NCBI RefSeq assembly: GCF_009914755.1
Contig: NC_060940.1
Source: the human T2T-CHM13v2.0 reference genome, Homo sapiens
DNA: 64,000 bases
Direction: 5' to 3' (one strand)
In this document: one piece after another, positions 26,013-40,865 of the stretch
Layout: every line of letters starts with the position of its first letter
Position numbering within the stretch: the first letter of the stretch is position 1
Made by a program: the position numbers and the translations under genes
Notes under the pieces: generated by a model
Seen by the model: only the letters and a program-made list of their open reading frames with translations
The model's database searches: none
What the model was told of the DNA's origin: nothing

Positions 26013-26320
26013 AGTAGCGGGCAGTGGCTCACACCTGTAACCCCAGCACTTTAGAAGACTGAGGCAAGAGGACTGCTTGAGGTAGCAGTTCAAGACCAAC
26101 CTGGATAACATAGTGAGACCTCATCTCTACAAAAAAAAAATGTTTTAATTAGCCAGGTTTGGTGATGCATGCCTGTGGTCCCAGCTAGCCAAAAGGCTGA
26201 GATGAGAGGATGGCTTGAGCCCAGGAGTTGGGCACTGCAGTGTGCTATGATTATGCCACCATACTCCAGCCTGGATGACAGAGGAGACCCTGCCTCAGAA
26301 ATAAACAACAACAACAAAAA
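26013..26320 (+). mobile_element. AluJ
   Basis: Diverged dimer with AACATAGTGAGACCTCATCTCTAC and GGATGGCTTGAGCCCAGGAG. Confidence 0.92.
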
Positions 26321-26415
26321 ACTATCAGCAGCATCCACTGGACTGTGCATCCAGGCAGCGAACTATTGGCTGCATTTGTCATTTTATTCCATCCTTGTTT
26401 AACCTGGAGAGATGA

Positions 26416-26847
<432 letters not shown>

Positions 26848-26849
26848 TG

Positions 26850-26990
26850 ATAAAGCCACTATGCAGATGGGAAAACTAAGGACTGGGGGAGAAAGTGATC
26901 TACTCAGTGTCACGGAGTAAGTCAAACTAGCAGCAGGATGCAAACTCAAAACCCTGAGTTCTCAGTCTAGTGCTCTGTTGGTCAGATCTG
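26850..26990 (-). mobile_element. MIR fragment
   Basis: GCAGATGGGAAAACTAAGG...AAGTGATCTACTCAGTGTCAC. Confidence 0.6.
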
Positions 26991-27459
26991 AACTATTTCA
27001 ACAGACCAAAGGAGCTCTCCAAGGAACAGGATATGCCATTAGGCTGACTGCTATTCTGCCTTCCTGGATCCTCCCATTCACGTTTTAACCAATGTCAGGG
27101 GCTTAGAGGAAGGGCACATTCAGGATCCATGGACTGGACAGAAGTGTTTTTACTTTGTTTGTAGAGTGGCATAACAATTTGATTCAATACCTTACAACTG
27201 TGAGATTGCACACACAAATCTGGGCTATATCTTGGCAGCAGATTCCACTGGGCTTGGTGATGGATTGAATGTGGGAGTCTGACCCAGACTGAGAGCAGAG
27301 TGTCAACCAAACACAGTAAGTCCACCAGAGTCCCTCCCTCCCTGTCCCTGTTTCCATTCAGCAAATTGTTTCTGGCATTTCTACTACATGCCTAAGATCT
27401 GAGACAGCCAGAAACAAAGATGACACAGCCCTAGCTCCCAGATGATGCCTATGACAGGC

Positions 27460-28195
<736 letters not shown>

Positions 28196-29469
28196 TGGAT
28201 CAGTCTTTTAAGTCATTGATTTGCCACTCTGCTGGGCCCTGGGGGAAAGGAGGTTGGAGAAGCAATAGAGTGGACTGATGTCAGTCTCTGCGTTAAGCCA
28301 GAACACACCTGCAGCTGTTAAATAGAGAATAGGAGATCGCAGTGGAAAACGCACTGGAGAGAGTGGAGCAGGTTGCATGCCCTAGCCTTTGGAAGGCGGA
28401 GAACAGCCAGGCTTGGTGGTTCTGGGACTCACGGCCAGAGGCAGGTGTCAAACGTCAAAGAGCCAGCTCCTCTTACTACCAGAGACCAAGTCAAGGCTAA
28501 TGAGGAGGAGGCCCAGGAACAGGCCCTGGTGGGCAAATGCAGCTGGCTCCACCAGAGGCAGTTCTCACTAATTGTGCTTCTTTGGCAGATGACTCACCAA
28601 ACAGAGGACTCAATCCCAAGCCCAGTGAGGGTCCAGCAGCCTTCAGGCCAGGGCCTTGGAGGCAGGCTGAGCACTGGGCAGCCAGCCAGACCAGATTCTG
28701 CTTGAAAGTGCCTGAAAACCTCCAGCCTGAGTCGCTTAGGTTCTGAAAACTCTGCCTCAACTCACTTCAAGCCTAGGTTTCACTGGAGAAAAGTTATGTG
28801 ATGAGAGGAAGGAGGAAAGGAAAGATAGTGACTGGAAAAGAATTTTTACAAGTTCACAGAGTGGTTCTTTGAAGGGGTGGAGTCCTTGCTGGATGTGGTT
28901 CTTCTGCACTACACAGGAGACCATCCTCCTTTCTACCCACTCCTACCCATGACTCTTTAGAAAAGCCTGGCAGAGGGTCCTTCATAATAGCATCCTTGGT
29001 TCCTCGGTGAAATTCACCAAAACAGTGACCTATGTCTCCATTAGCTGCCAAGACACATCCAGGTGCCTCACTTGGGGCTCTGGTGGCAAACCTGGGGTGG
29101 AGAAATAAGCTTCCACCCATTAAATTGGCCCATGCAACCAGGAAGTCTCACCCATGCCAGGCTTCAGGACTCAAATCAGCTTGAGCATATGCTTGGGAAG
29201 AAATGCATAATCAATTTCAAGGTTGTGCCCTCATCTCCTAGATTCGAAAATCACACAGATGATCCAAGTTCATGAGAATAGCAGACATGAACAAACCTAC
29301 TTCCTACACTTTACAGATGGGGATACTGAGGCTTTGGGTTCAAGTAGGTCCTCAAATATTAATTTTGCTAATAAGAAAAGCAAACAAAATGAGGATTTAT
29401 TTCTGGGCCAGATGCTATGCCAAGGATCAGGGCAGCTGCCAACACTTGCCCATTTGTAAGGGACCTGGG

Positions 29470-29582
29470 ACAGTACACATGGCTTGGTGAGCAGAGTGTA
29501 GGCCGGATTTCAGCCCCCGTTTGCCGCCCAGCCAGGTTCTCTTAGGCAGTGTGTGACAGGCACAACTGTACATGGCAGCCCT
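29470..29582 (-). mobile_element. MER91-family hAT fossil
   Basis: GGCTTGGTGAGCAGAGTGTAGGCCGGATTTCAGCCCCC...CACAACTGTACATGGCAGCCCT. Confidence 0.7.
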
Positions 29583-29589
29583 ACTCAGC

Positions 29590-30050
29590 ACTCTCCTTAT
29601 GAAGAAGACACTATTTGTAGCATCAATTTAGAGACAAGAAAAATGGGGATTAGAGAAAGTAATTTGCCCAACTTTATGTAACTATAACATACAAGTCTCT
29701 AGAGTTTGTGATCTTAGAAAACAGAATAACACAATCGTTATCTGCCTCACTCCATTTTGTTTTTGGAGCAGCCAAATATTTTATTGGTTTAGGGTTACTT
29801 GGCAAAAAAAAAAAAAAATTGGGTTTCTAGGAATGGTTAATAACATATTAACTAACACAATGTCAAAGATCTAGTTGTATGTTTAGAAGCACAAAATCAT
29901 GATGGGCAGATCTAGGGGAGACATTTCATCCAGTTTCACAGCCTCCTACCCCACACCAAGAATTTGAGAAGTGATTTGCCCAAGGTCTCACCTGGAGTCA
30001 GGGGCTGAGCCAACGCTGGAACCCAGGCCCTGACACTGAGGCCAGTGGTT
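29590..30050 (-). mobile_element. MIR fragments (29590-29720, 29950-30050)
   Basis: AGTAATTTGCCCA and AGTGATTTGCCCAAGGTC cores. Confidence 0.55.
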
Positions 30051-30439
30051 CCCATTCCACCTGGCCAAGTATGGATGCCCTTCCAGCTTTGTGCTGTGTC
30101 TGGAGACAGGGTAGGCAGAACAGGGAAAGGAAGGTCCAAGGCAGCCCCTCTAGAGTCCAAGTCCTTAACCAAAAGCTCAGGACCAGGGCTTGGAAGGAAA
30201 AAGGCTGAAACAAGAACCACTGTATGGGCCCTTGCCAACTTACTGCCCTGCTCCGTCCCTGAGATGAAAAGGCCACCTCATTCCACAACCGTATTCTAGG
30301 TTTTCATAGGCAAGAACCCAGCCACAGCTCTCTGCACAGCAATGCATTCTTACTGTTACATAAGGGAAGGAGTGCTCTACCAAGGGAAGCTCCCACATTG
30401 TCTTCTCCCATCAGCCCTTAAACAGACCCATTACCCCGA

Positions 30440-30890
30440 TAAAAACCAAATGGCCTGTAATGCCCTACTGCACAATGCACCATGCCTCTAAGCCTTTGCC
30501 CGTGCTGTCACCTCTGCCTGTCCCCACTTCCTCCTGATGGCATTCTTGGCTTGCCTAGGTCCTAGGGATCCCCCAAGACTCAGCACGGGAAGTACCCCTT
30601 CTAGGAAGGCTACTCTAATACCTCCCACCTTGTGCTCTCAACACATGAACTCCTGAACTAAATGTCTTTCCTTATGGGCTCCCAAAATGCTTTCCTTTCT
30701 CTCTCATTGAATGAGATATTGTGACTGTTTCTTTCCCCTCATGGCTTGTAAAGGACAGGGACCATTTTATATTATATTAACACTAGGAATCATATAGCCC
30801 TTGTGCACTGCACACTGTATAATAGATGCTCAATAAACATGATGAACGAATGAATGAATGAATGGGGAATGAATGAGTAAATGAATGGGG
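30440..30890 (+). mobile_element. L2 3' end with (GAAT)n tail
   Basis: GCCTTTGCCCGTGCTGT...GCTCAATAAACATGATGAACGAATGAATGAATG. Confidence 0.8.
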
Positions 30891-32110
30891 AATGCTTATT
30901 AAGCACATGAAGAGTAGATGTGGTCAGTTGTAAAGTGCTGCCCCACTGCCAAGGATAGCCACAGCCAACAGTGGGTGCTTAATAAAACTTAGTTTGAATA
31001 CAACTAAAAGGCCAGCCAGGACCCCCAGATGGCTGAGGGCATCCTGATGGTGCCTCCAGCCATCTGGACTGTGAACACCATTAAGCACATCCATCAATTC
31101 AGCAGCATCTCTGGGCCTCAGCCCAGAAGGAGTTCATGCACCCACGGCCTATGGTCCTGCAAGAATAATGATGAGGGAGGAAGAGTAATAAAGAGAGGAC
31201 GGTGGAATAACTAAGCAGCCACCAGGACATTTACCGGAGCCAGGGGGAGCCCCTGGAACCTCAGACAGGACCTGGAGAAACGCATCTGCAGAAATCAGGA
31301 GGGCTTGTCAGAAACCAATGGCACACACAGAAGTCAAGGTTAGAAGGGACTGTTTTTCTCCCGATGACTTCCAGGTACTTCAGAGAGGGGCCATTACGAT
31401 GATGCATAGCCAGAGAGCCCCTCAGGGAGACTGCCTCCTCTTGAGGACAAAATATTAAGCCATCGGTCAAATTTAAACACCCTCCCATCAGGAATCTTGT
31501 TGAGGATAAAGCACCGTGATTCTACATCATCCACAGCTTAAGACCTAGCAGAGGAGGGGAGGCACAAGGAAAGGTCATTGATGGAGGAGCTTAGGTTGGT
31601 GCTCAGGTGGAATGGCTGATTTTAGGAGGGCACAGCTGCTACACCATCATCAGGGGGCCACCAGGCTACAGTTCCACCCCAGGGAAAGGCACTGAAAGGG
31701 ACAAGAATTTGCTCTGAATGCCCAGTGGCCACAAGGAGCTGATATGTATCTCACCCATACCAGACACTGCGTATTGAGTTCCACCCATGTGTTTAATTTT
31801 TGGGACCATGCTCCTCATCTTCACACAAAGAAGGGGCCAGCATACCCACTTTAGAGGCTTAGACTCTGAGGCACAGGGAGGATAAAACCCTGCCCTAAAT
31901 GGCACATCTAGGAAATGTTGGGGGCCAAGATGTGAATCCTGCATGTGTTCCCAGTGTTCCTTGTCTGTCTTCTGCCCCACATCAGCTGTTTTCCCTGATC
32001 ATTCTTTGTCCCTGGTGGTCAAGGCTAACCTATTCTGGCTCAGCATGGGTGGAGAGCCTCCAATGCACCAAGCACCTTATTCATTCTCTTGTTAGAACTT
32101 CATTGCTCTA

Positions 32111-32396
<286 letters not shown>

Positions 32397-32814
32397 TTAT
32401 TGCTCCATCATTCCTTCAACACATATTTATTGTTCCTACTGTGTCCCAACTTCTGTGCTGGGCATGAGGTAGGGGAAGAGTGATGATAGCATCTCTGAGG
32501 CAACTCTAGCTTTTTAAATGTTCAGGAAACCTCGCTCTTCTGGTTGTTGGAGCAGTTCTGTGAAGTGAGAATGGCCATGTCCACTGGACAAGTGAGAAAC
32601 TGAGGCTTAGAAGGGAGGGGGAAACAACTGTATGTTCTCTACATGCCTGATGCTGTGCACGGAACTCAGCCTTCTTCATTCTGTGGATGGAGGAACTGAG
32701 CCATGGAGGTGAAGCAGATGACACAGAGGTCATAACTTCCAGAACTGGGGACTCAAGCCCACTTTTCCTGCCTCCTCCATCCACCATCTCTCAAATATGG
32801 AATTTTTAATTTGC

Positions 32815-33192
32815 TGTCATGGACTGAACTGTGTCCCCTGAAGCCCTCATCCCCAAAAAGACTGCTTTTGAAGATAGGGTCTTTAAGGAGACAATTATAG
32901 TTTAATGCGATCATAAGGATGGGGCCCTATCCCATAGGACTGGAGTCCCTATGAGAAGAGGAAGGGACATCAGCGTGCTCTGTCTCTCCACGTACACAGA
33001 AGAAAGGCCACATGAGAACACAGTGAGAAGGTGGCTATCAACAAGCCAAGAAGGGAGACCTCACCAGAAACCAACCCTGCTAGCAACTTGAATTTGGACT
33101 TCCAGCCTCTAAAACTCGGAGAAAATAAATATCTGTTGTTTAAGCCACTCTGTGGGGGTATCTTGTTATGGCAACCACAGCCAATTGATACA
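32815..33192 (+). mobile_element. MLT1A-type MaLR LTR
   Basis: TGGACTGAACTGTGTCCCC...GGACTTCCAGCCTC...AATAAATATCTGTTGTTTAAGCCAC...GATACA. Confidence 0.85.
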
Positions 33193-33671
33193 GCCACTTT
33201 CAAGGACTGGATTTCTTTTTGCCTGCTGGGTTCTTTTACAGCCCTCTCGCCCCCTTGTTTTCCTCATATCATGGCCAGCTTATTTACTCCATCTTGATGA
33301 CGAGGCTTTTACTACCATCCAGTCTGCATGTGCCACAGGGATCTGTCCCTATTCCTGGAGCCCAGAGAAGGAGACTGCCTGAAGCCTTTATCAGGCCTAG
33401 CCACTTACAGCAGCGATGGGCAAATCTCTCACGAAGAGTAGCGATGTTACCTAGGACTAAGGATGCTGAGAGCTGGAACAGTGGAGGGGGCTGGTCCCAG
33501 ACCACAGTGTCACTGCCATCAAGGTGGGACCATTTCCCATTGCAGAAGCCAGCAGACTCAAGGTCCACAGGCCTTCTGCCACCTCCCAGGCCACACGGTC
33601 TACTGAAAACAGTTTGGACTTGAGAGCCTGACCTGAGTTTAAATTCTGTCTCTGCCACTGGCTGAGAGACC

Positions 33672-34028
33672 AGTAATCAATAGGGCTTTTGGCCAACATC
33701 CCAGCGCTGTCCTCTCAGGCATGTGGTAAGAATGATCTTCCCACCTCCTGGGAGCTGAGTGTGGCCATGAGACTTGCTTTGACCTAAGAAATGAAAACTT
33801 TAAGGACCAATGCATTTTTTTTTCCATTTGGCATGGCAAACAGCAAAGTTTCAGATTGTGTCTGCTCCATCATCCTGGGTTCCTAAATAAGGAAAATGAG
33901 AAGAAAAACGCATAGCTGTCCTGCAATGGGTACATCGAATGATCAAGAAATAAGTCTTTGCTTTCGGCCACTAAGATTCTGGGGTTATTTGTTACTATAG
34001 CATAACCTAGCTCATCTTGACTGCTACA
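33672..34028 (+). mobile_element. MLT1H/I-like LTR inside a MIR (33590-34130)
   Basis: TGTGGCCATGAGACTTGCTTTG...TTTGTTACTATAGCATAACCTAGC...GACTGCTACA; MIR resumes CTGTAAAATGGGG. Confidence 0.75.
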
Positions 34029-35531
34029 GTGACACTGACTAAATCACAGCCTCCTTGAGACTCAATTTCTGCACCTGTAAAATGGGGACAACTGTATCTC
34101 ATAGTTTTCAAAGTACCATGCTTGGTACACTGCGGGCCTTTGACACGTCAGCTTGCTCACTCTCTTCTCTGCACTGTTTTCCCACAAGTCCTTCTCATGA
34201 TGGGATTAGACATTTTGAGACATAATTTCTTTAGGTCAGATGTTTAGGCACAGACATCTATGTGTTCCTAGCACCCTGTACTGGGCTGGCACCATGGCAG
34301 ATAATCGGTAAATATTTATTATTAAGCAAATATACAATGATTAATCACTTACTGAGTGGTCGACTTTGTGCTGGCCACCAGAGACCAAAGTCTCTGATCA
34401 TTTCTCTTGCCTTTCACCTTTCAGTGTAGGTATATTGTCTTTCTTCCCAGTCCAAGGTAGCACTTAATTCTAGCTCTCCTGGCTAGGTGGGCAAATCCCC
34501 TTCTCTCTTCTAGTAGTAGAATCCCCTCAGCGAGGCTCCTGCCTATCGATCTCTCAATCTCTGCCAAAACACTTTCAGCATTTGAGAGCTCACTACCTAC
34601 AAAATGCGCTTCTAAAATTAGAATTACACGGCAGTAGGTTTGGCTCTGGACCAAGTCCATGAGCCCTTCCAGCAACCCTGCGAAGTATGTGTCATTGATG
34701 TCACCCCATCCTGTAAACAGGAAGCTAGGATACAGAAAGGAAATTGTCCAAGGTCACACAGCCTTGGTGAGGTATGACTGTAATTTTCTAGGCACACATG
34801 CATGGTATGCATGCGATAAATTTTATGGGTTGATTGACAGCTCCGTCCCTGGGAGGGGGTTTCTAGTGACTCCAAATCTCTATGGAACCCCAACCCCAGA
34901 ATTTCCAGTTTGGCTTTTGGGAATCTTAACAATGCAAACAGCCCTTCATCTCTATTAGAATGTAAATCTCAATAAATGATTTCCAATAACACAGTCCTTG
35001 CCAGGAAAGGAAGCATTCACACTGTTGCTCGTGCATACTATAGGTTAATATTTCAGGATGCATTAAATGTATAAATGTTTAGAGAGTGGCAAAGTTCCAG
35101 TTGTGAGCCAAGTCACTTTACAGAAAAAAACGAGATGCTGAAGGAGAGTATTTTTAGACTTGGACCCAACCTGACACTACCCGTAAGTACTTTGTGTTCG
35201 TGGGCAGAGTATGCAATCCTGCTACTGATTTGCCAGGAAGGAAAATAACATGTTGGTTTCAAACAGATGTTCCTGAACCCTTGATGGAAGCTGATGACTT
35301 CAAGATGGGCTGACTACTTTGTGGCTTCTTTGGAGACAGTTGAAATTAAGATGGGATCTGGGGCATGACGGAGCACCACATTTGCCAAAGATGTGCTGGA
35401 ATAACTAAGCAACAGACATGGGTCAGATTAGCCATGTGCTGAAGCCAAAGGCACATGCAGGAAACCGGAACATTTTCTTGGCCCTTGGAGGACACAGGAG
35501 GAATGCTGATGGGCAACATATTTTAAGTAAA

Positions 35532-35614
35532 TATGAGATTGAACCATATAAAATTGCTGATATTTAATCTTTCTCGACCAAAAATATGGCACTTGGAGGT
35601 GTTTCAATCAGATA
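35532..35614. mobile_element. MADE2 mariner MITE
   Basis: TATGAGATTGAACCATATAAAATTGC...GACCAAAAATATGGCA...TTCAATCAGATA, about 80 bp with terminal inverted repeats. Confidence 0.75.
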
Positions 35615-35955
35615 TACACATAACCCCACATCCCCAGCAGCAGACACATAACTGTCTGCAATACAGACAATTGTCCACAATTTAGAACACCAGCCAAGTA
35701 AACTCTGGAGTTTCTGTGATGGAGTTAGACCCAGGTATTTTTGCCAAGATAGGAGAGGGAGGGGGGGGAAAGGCAGAAAAGCTATGAGTACACTCTGGGG
35801 GAACAGACCAGTTAAAATCCCAACCAAGCTGTCTGAGCCTGGCATCTGTCAGCAGCTGGCATCACCATAGTCCTAGCACCTGAGCTGTGGAGCAGGGAGC
35901 CCCAGACCTACAGACAAACTGACTGGGTTAAGTCCTGATTTTACTCCTTTCAAGC

Positions 35956-36919
35956 TTTAGTGGGTTGAATGCAGAGCCCCAAAAAGATATGTTCTTATCC
36001 TAATTCCCTGAACCTGTGAGTATTACCTTGTATGGTGTATTAGTCAGGGTTCTCTAGAGGAACAAAACAAATAGGAGATACATATATATATATAAAGGGG
36101 AGTTTATTAAGGAGTATTGACTCACACAATCACAAAGTGAGGTCCCACAACAGGCCATCTGCAAGCTGAGGAGCTAGGAAGCCAGTCCAAGTCCCAAAAT
36201 CTCAAAAGTAGGGAAACTGACAGTACAGCCTTCAGTCTGTGGCCAAAGGTCCAAGAGTCCCAAAGCTGAAGAACTTGGAGTCTTGATGTTTGAGGGTAGT
36301 AAGCATCCAGCTTGGTAGAAAGATGGAGCCCAGAAAACTTAGCCATTCTAGTTTTTCCACATTCTTCTGCCTACTTTTTATTCTGGCCACACTGTCAGTT
36401 GATTAGACTGCCCACCCAGATTGAGGGTGGGTCTGCCTTTCCCAGTCCACTGACTCAAATGTTTATCTCCTTTGGCTACATCCCCACAGGCACACCCAGG
36501 AACAAAACTTTGCATCCTTTAATCCAATCAAGTTGACACTCGATATTAACCATCACATATGGGGCAAAAGATGTCCTTAAGTTAAGGACATTGAAGGAAA
36601 GGACTTAAATCCAATGACAAGTGTTTTCATATGAGACAGACACAGAGAAGAGAAGGCAGCACACAGGACAAGGAGGAAGCAATGCGACTGCACAGGCAGA
36701 GGTTAGAGAATTTGATGTGGCCACAAGCCAATGAGTGCCTGGAGCCACCAGAAGCTTGAAGAGGCAAGGAACAGATTCTCCCCTAGAACCTCCAGAAGGA
36801 GTACAGCCCCACCAATACCTTGATTTTATACTTCTGGTCTCCAGAATTGTAAATGAATCAATTTCTGTTGTTTTAAACCAATAAGTCATTTGTCACAGCA
36901 GCCACAGGAAACTTATACA
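35956..36919 (+). mobile_element. MLT1B/C MaLR LTR split by MLT2A
   Basis: GTGGGTTGAATG...GAACCTGTGAGTATTACC; CCACCAGAAGCTTGAAGAGGCAAGG...CAGCCACAGGAAACTTATACA. Confidence 0.85.
36036..36557 (-). mobile_element. MLT2A2-type ERVL solo LTR
   Basis: TGTATTAGTCAGGGTTCTCTAGAGG...CAATCAAGTTGACAC...TTAACCATCACA; perfect TSD TATGG. Confidence 0.92.
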
Positions 36920-37819
36920 CGAGTCCTCTGCCTCAGTTTCCTTGTCTGTAAAATGGGATAAGAACTTCAGGAGATGGTGCACTGGAACACTTTAGCAAGG
37001 AATCTAGTATATACTAAGCACTCAATGAATGTAAGATGAAATAAGCTAACCACCACAGGGACAGAGAATTGCATCAGACCCAAGGAAACGAAGATAGTTG
37101 CTGCCGTGTGTGTGTTTGGAGCTTCAAAGATGTGAAAAGGTGCAGTGTTCTTGAGACCTGTCTACCTTGCCCCAGCAGTAGTTCCTCCAGTCACAAGTGG
37201 GAGCCAAGAGCCCTTCTCAGATAACTCAAACAACACCAGCAAAAACTACTTCTGTTAAAAAAAATTTTTTGAAAGTATTCAGGAAGAGTCCGTTTTCCTT
37301 ACAGAACTGCATGTTGGACACAATTCAAGCAATCGGGAACCTGGCATTTTGAGCTTGTTCAACCATTGAAAAAGTATCAAAAATACAGTTTAAAAAAAAA
37401 TAGCACACAGGGGAAGAAAATGGTTATTAAAAATGCTTAAGAGCCTTCCTGAACTTCAAATGGGCTCTTCACAACAATAATACTGATGATTTAAGGGAAA
37501 AAATGAATCAAGACTCTATTGATTAAATGTTCCTTAAATTATATGTGGGTTTTAAAATGTGTGGCAGTATGCAAAGCACGTTGGAGGTAAAATGTTTGAA
37601 AAATCACCCAAGACATTTAAAGAATTTGAATGTAGCTGCAGCTTCAGCCCCAGGAGGGAGTAGCCTGGGCTCCAGAGAAAAGAAGGACCATCAAGAGCAT
37701 CTATGACCCAGGCCAGTAGTGCCTAATTCCAGAGCCCCGATGGCAAGGAGGGATGTCTGCTTCCTGCTGCCATGGCCCTGGTCTCCCTAACTCCCTTGTC
37801 ATGGCTTCATATACACAAC

Positions 37820-38180
37820 CTCAGCCCATCATTCATTCCAGAAACACGTCTTGAGCACCTCCTAGGTACCATGCCCTGTGCTCAGAGCCAGGGGAGATGC
37901 AGCACACAGGCTAATGTGGCCACAGATGTGAAAACACTCATTATGATTCAGGGGGTTGATAGCCACGAAATGAAGGACCCACTGGGATAGTCCCTCCCCC
38001 ATCCAAGGAGATCAGGGGGCTTCCTGGAGGAAAGGAAATCGACGATGAGATCTGAAAGGTGAACCAGGATGCAGAGAGAATGCAAGGGAAGAGAGAAATT
38101 CACACAGCAGGCAGGGGAGTGGCACATGCAACATCCCAAGGTCAGAGGCACAGGGCATTTAAGAACAAAAGCAATGAAGC
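37820..38180 (-). mobile_element. L2
   Basis: CATCATTCATTCC...TTGAGCACCTCCTAG; GGGCTTCCTGGAGGA. Confidence 0.7.
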
Positions 38181-38819
38181 CAGGCCTGCTTCAGGGCCCT
38201 CCATCTGGGTCACCTGCTCAACCTCCCCTCAGTAGCCATGGACTCCACTTCCCACAAGACTCTGGGCTCTGCTTACCCAGTGGCTTAGTCTCTTAAATTC
38301 CTGAGTGAGAAACTCATCTTCCCTCCTCCCGCCAAGAATCCCACTGGCTCACCCCAGACCTCATGGTGGGGACACTCAGGCAGCACGCAGGGAGGCCTGA
38401 GGTACATATGGAAACGTCGCAGTTTGGAGGACAAAGCATCTCTCCAGCAACCTGGCCCTCTCTATGTGATGGGATTCCCTCTTCCTACTGCAAGTGGTGT
38501 CAGTTCACAAGTTCTGTCTACCCCTTCACACCTCCCCACCCCACCAGTGCAGGCAGAGCTGTGGTTTTCCTCTGCCTCCTCTAACCCAACCTATATGGAG
38601 CTTCAGAGGAAGAGAGCCTGAACGTAAAACCCTTGGGAACTGCTGAAGGAAAAGATGGAAGCCTGGGGGCCAGGATCCTTTCCTCCCCCATTAGTCCTCA
38701 TTGTGAACAGGGACCATTCCCTCCTGGCCCTGGAAGTAGCCTCTGGAGGCCCAGCAATAGCCTGATGCAAAGGCAAGAGCAGCTCTCTCCCCTGGGCAAC
38801 ATTCTTCATGCACTATTAG

Positions 38820-38960
38820 GATCCCAATTCAACCCCTTCCACTATGAGCAGCACAAGAGCAGGGACCTCATCAATTTTGGCTTATCTTTGTTCCCCTCCA
38901 GGCGGCCCCATGCATGGCACAAGAAAGTGCTAGTTACATGCAGTGAAGGAATGCATGAAT
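38820..38960 (+). mobile_element. L2 3' end
   Basis: CTATGAGCAGCACAAGAGCAGGGACC...GAATGCATGAATG. Confidence 0.55.
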
Positions 38961-39789
38961 GCATAGACATCCTGGTTACCATGCACTGGACCATACATTA
39001 TGGTCCTGAAGCTCACCATGACCTATGAGGCAGGAAGGACAGAGCCTCCTCAAAGACTCATTCAAAGCAGACTGGACCAAGATTTCACAGCAGTGAGAAG
39101 CAAAATTAGGAGAAGAGCCCAGGCCTCTGGGTCTCTGCATGCACACACCACCACAACCTGGGCCTCACTTTTCCTATCATGCTGCTGGCTCTCCTAATAT
39201 AATCAACCTTTGGCTATATCAATCAGAGCACCCAGCAAGGCACCAAATGAGAGAAAGGGGAGGAGAAAGAGAAGGGAAAGAAGAAACAGCCTCAGCCCTT
39301 GAGAAGTTGGCTGGTGGTACTGAAGAATTACATATTTGATTTTAAGATATTATTCCCCCTTCTCTTCTCCTTCCACAAAGTAGTACATGGCCCATTTATA
39401 TATTTAATTAGAGTGGATTAAAATTAATAACATCTTGAGTGGTTCCTGACCCTTCTTGAGATAATTGGAGACACCCTGGGTTGATAAGAAACCAGGAGGA
39501 AGAATTGGTGATCTAACCGACAGAGGCTGAACTTTTTCATGTGCATGTAATCAGTGCATCCCCTAATCACCCTCTGTATATCTTTTAACTAAGATAGGTA
39601 TCCTTATGATGTGGAGTCACGTCCTGTTCCCCAAGCTGCAGAGCTGAACGCTTGCCCTGGGCAGGCAGAGGGTTTAAAACCTATCCTGCCTGCATTCATC
39701 AACCAACATGCAGCTCTCATGGATATTTTAACAGATGTTTTAACAGATTTGTATTGCATTATTTGTTTCTATAGGTACAGATATTTTTA

Positions 39790-39970
39790 AACAAACATTT
39801 TGAACACTTACTAGGTGCCAAGGAATGTGCTACATCTACTCACATCCATTAACACATTCATTCTTCATCACAATGCCCTGCGGGAGTGAGGGGTGGTATT
39901 ATTCTCTCCCACTTGACATTTGAAGGAACCAAGGTGGAAGATGGCACAGAGGGGGGAACTAGTTCCACCC
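39790..39970 (-). mobile_element. MIR
   Basis: AACATTTTGAACACTTACTAGGTGCCAAGG...ATTATTCTCTCCCAC. Confidence 0.65.
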
Positions 39971-40849
39971 AAGACATGGCTGTCATGAGCACCTTCATCT
40001 CAGGCTTTGATAGGACTTGTGTGATCTCCAATGCTCATTGCTCAAGCTCTGTTCTCAGCACAGCAGCTACAGGCATGAGTGACAGGTCTGAGAGGGGTCC
40101 CCCAGGTTGTCTGAATATGTCTCACTTTCTCAAACCAAAGAATGAATGAGCAAGAGCTGAAGAATAAGCCATGACCACCCTGAGAAATCAGAGTGACAGA
40201 TCCAGCCCAGCCAGGACCCCCCCTACCTCCCAGGCCTCTGCCAGCCACATTGCACACGATGGCCTGGTGGATGGGGAGTCAGCAGTGAATCCAGATCCTG
40301 CCCTGCCACTTCCTGTGGAGGCAGATGTGTGATCTTGGATAAGCCACCAAGGTGCACCCAGTGGGCACTTCTGCACTGATAAATGAGCAGGTTAATACCT
40401 GTCCAGCAGAGCTTTAATAATAACAAAGGCGTCATTGAGTGCCTGACATGATATTCATTGTTCTGCTGATGAGGAAACAGGTTTGGAGTCACATAGTCAT
40501 ACGGAGAAACCCGTCTGTTTTCACACCTCCTGACTCCTCACAATGCAGGGCACCAGATTTCCTGGCCCACAGGGAGGACAATGAGTTTTAAATAGTAATT
40601 GAGAAAGGAATTTTTGTACTTTCCTTTGGGTCTTCCTTAGAGGCCAGTAACAACCCCTTCCCCACCACCCCTGCCAGTACATCTCCACTCCAAGTCCTGA
40701 TGCTTCTCTCCTTTTTCATTTGAGCAAAATGGCCCCATCACCCCCAAACCTCCCTCTCCTCCCTGCCTTCTGTCCTCCGAATGACAGATTAAAAGCACAC
40801 CTGTATTTTCTGCAGTGAGGACTACGCTCATGAGTGGGACAGCATTTTT

Positions 40850-40865
40850 GGGTCAAATTAGGTCA
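40850..40865 (+). promoter_or_regulatory. Candidate nuclear-receptor DR4 element overlapping a ROR element
   Basis: GGGTCA-aatt-AGGTCA; AAATTAGGTCA fits WAWNTRGGTCA; sequence match only. Confidence 0.4.

Larger units (their letters stand above)
35880..37040 (+). mobile_element. MIR split by nested LTRs
   Basis: 5' half ACTGGGTTAAGTCCTG; 3' half GCCTCAGTTTCCTTGTCTGTAAAATGGG. Confidence 0.7.

Noticed and set aside
28547-28562. CTCF-like CCACCAGAGGCAG
   Set aside because: One base short of core spacing; no other support
39755-39780. TTTGTTTCTATAG|GTACAG possible recursive splice point
   Set aside because: Weak donor; such matches are expected by chance and host transcript direction is unknown
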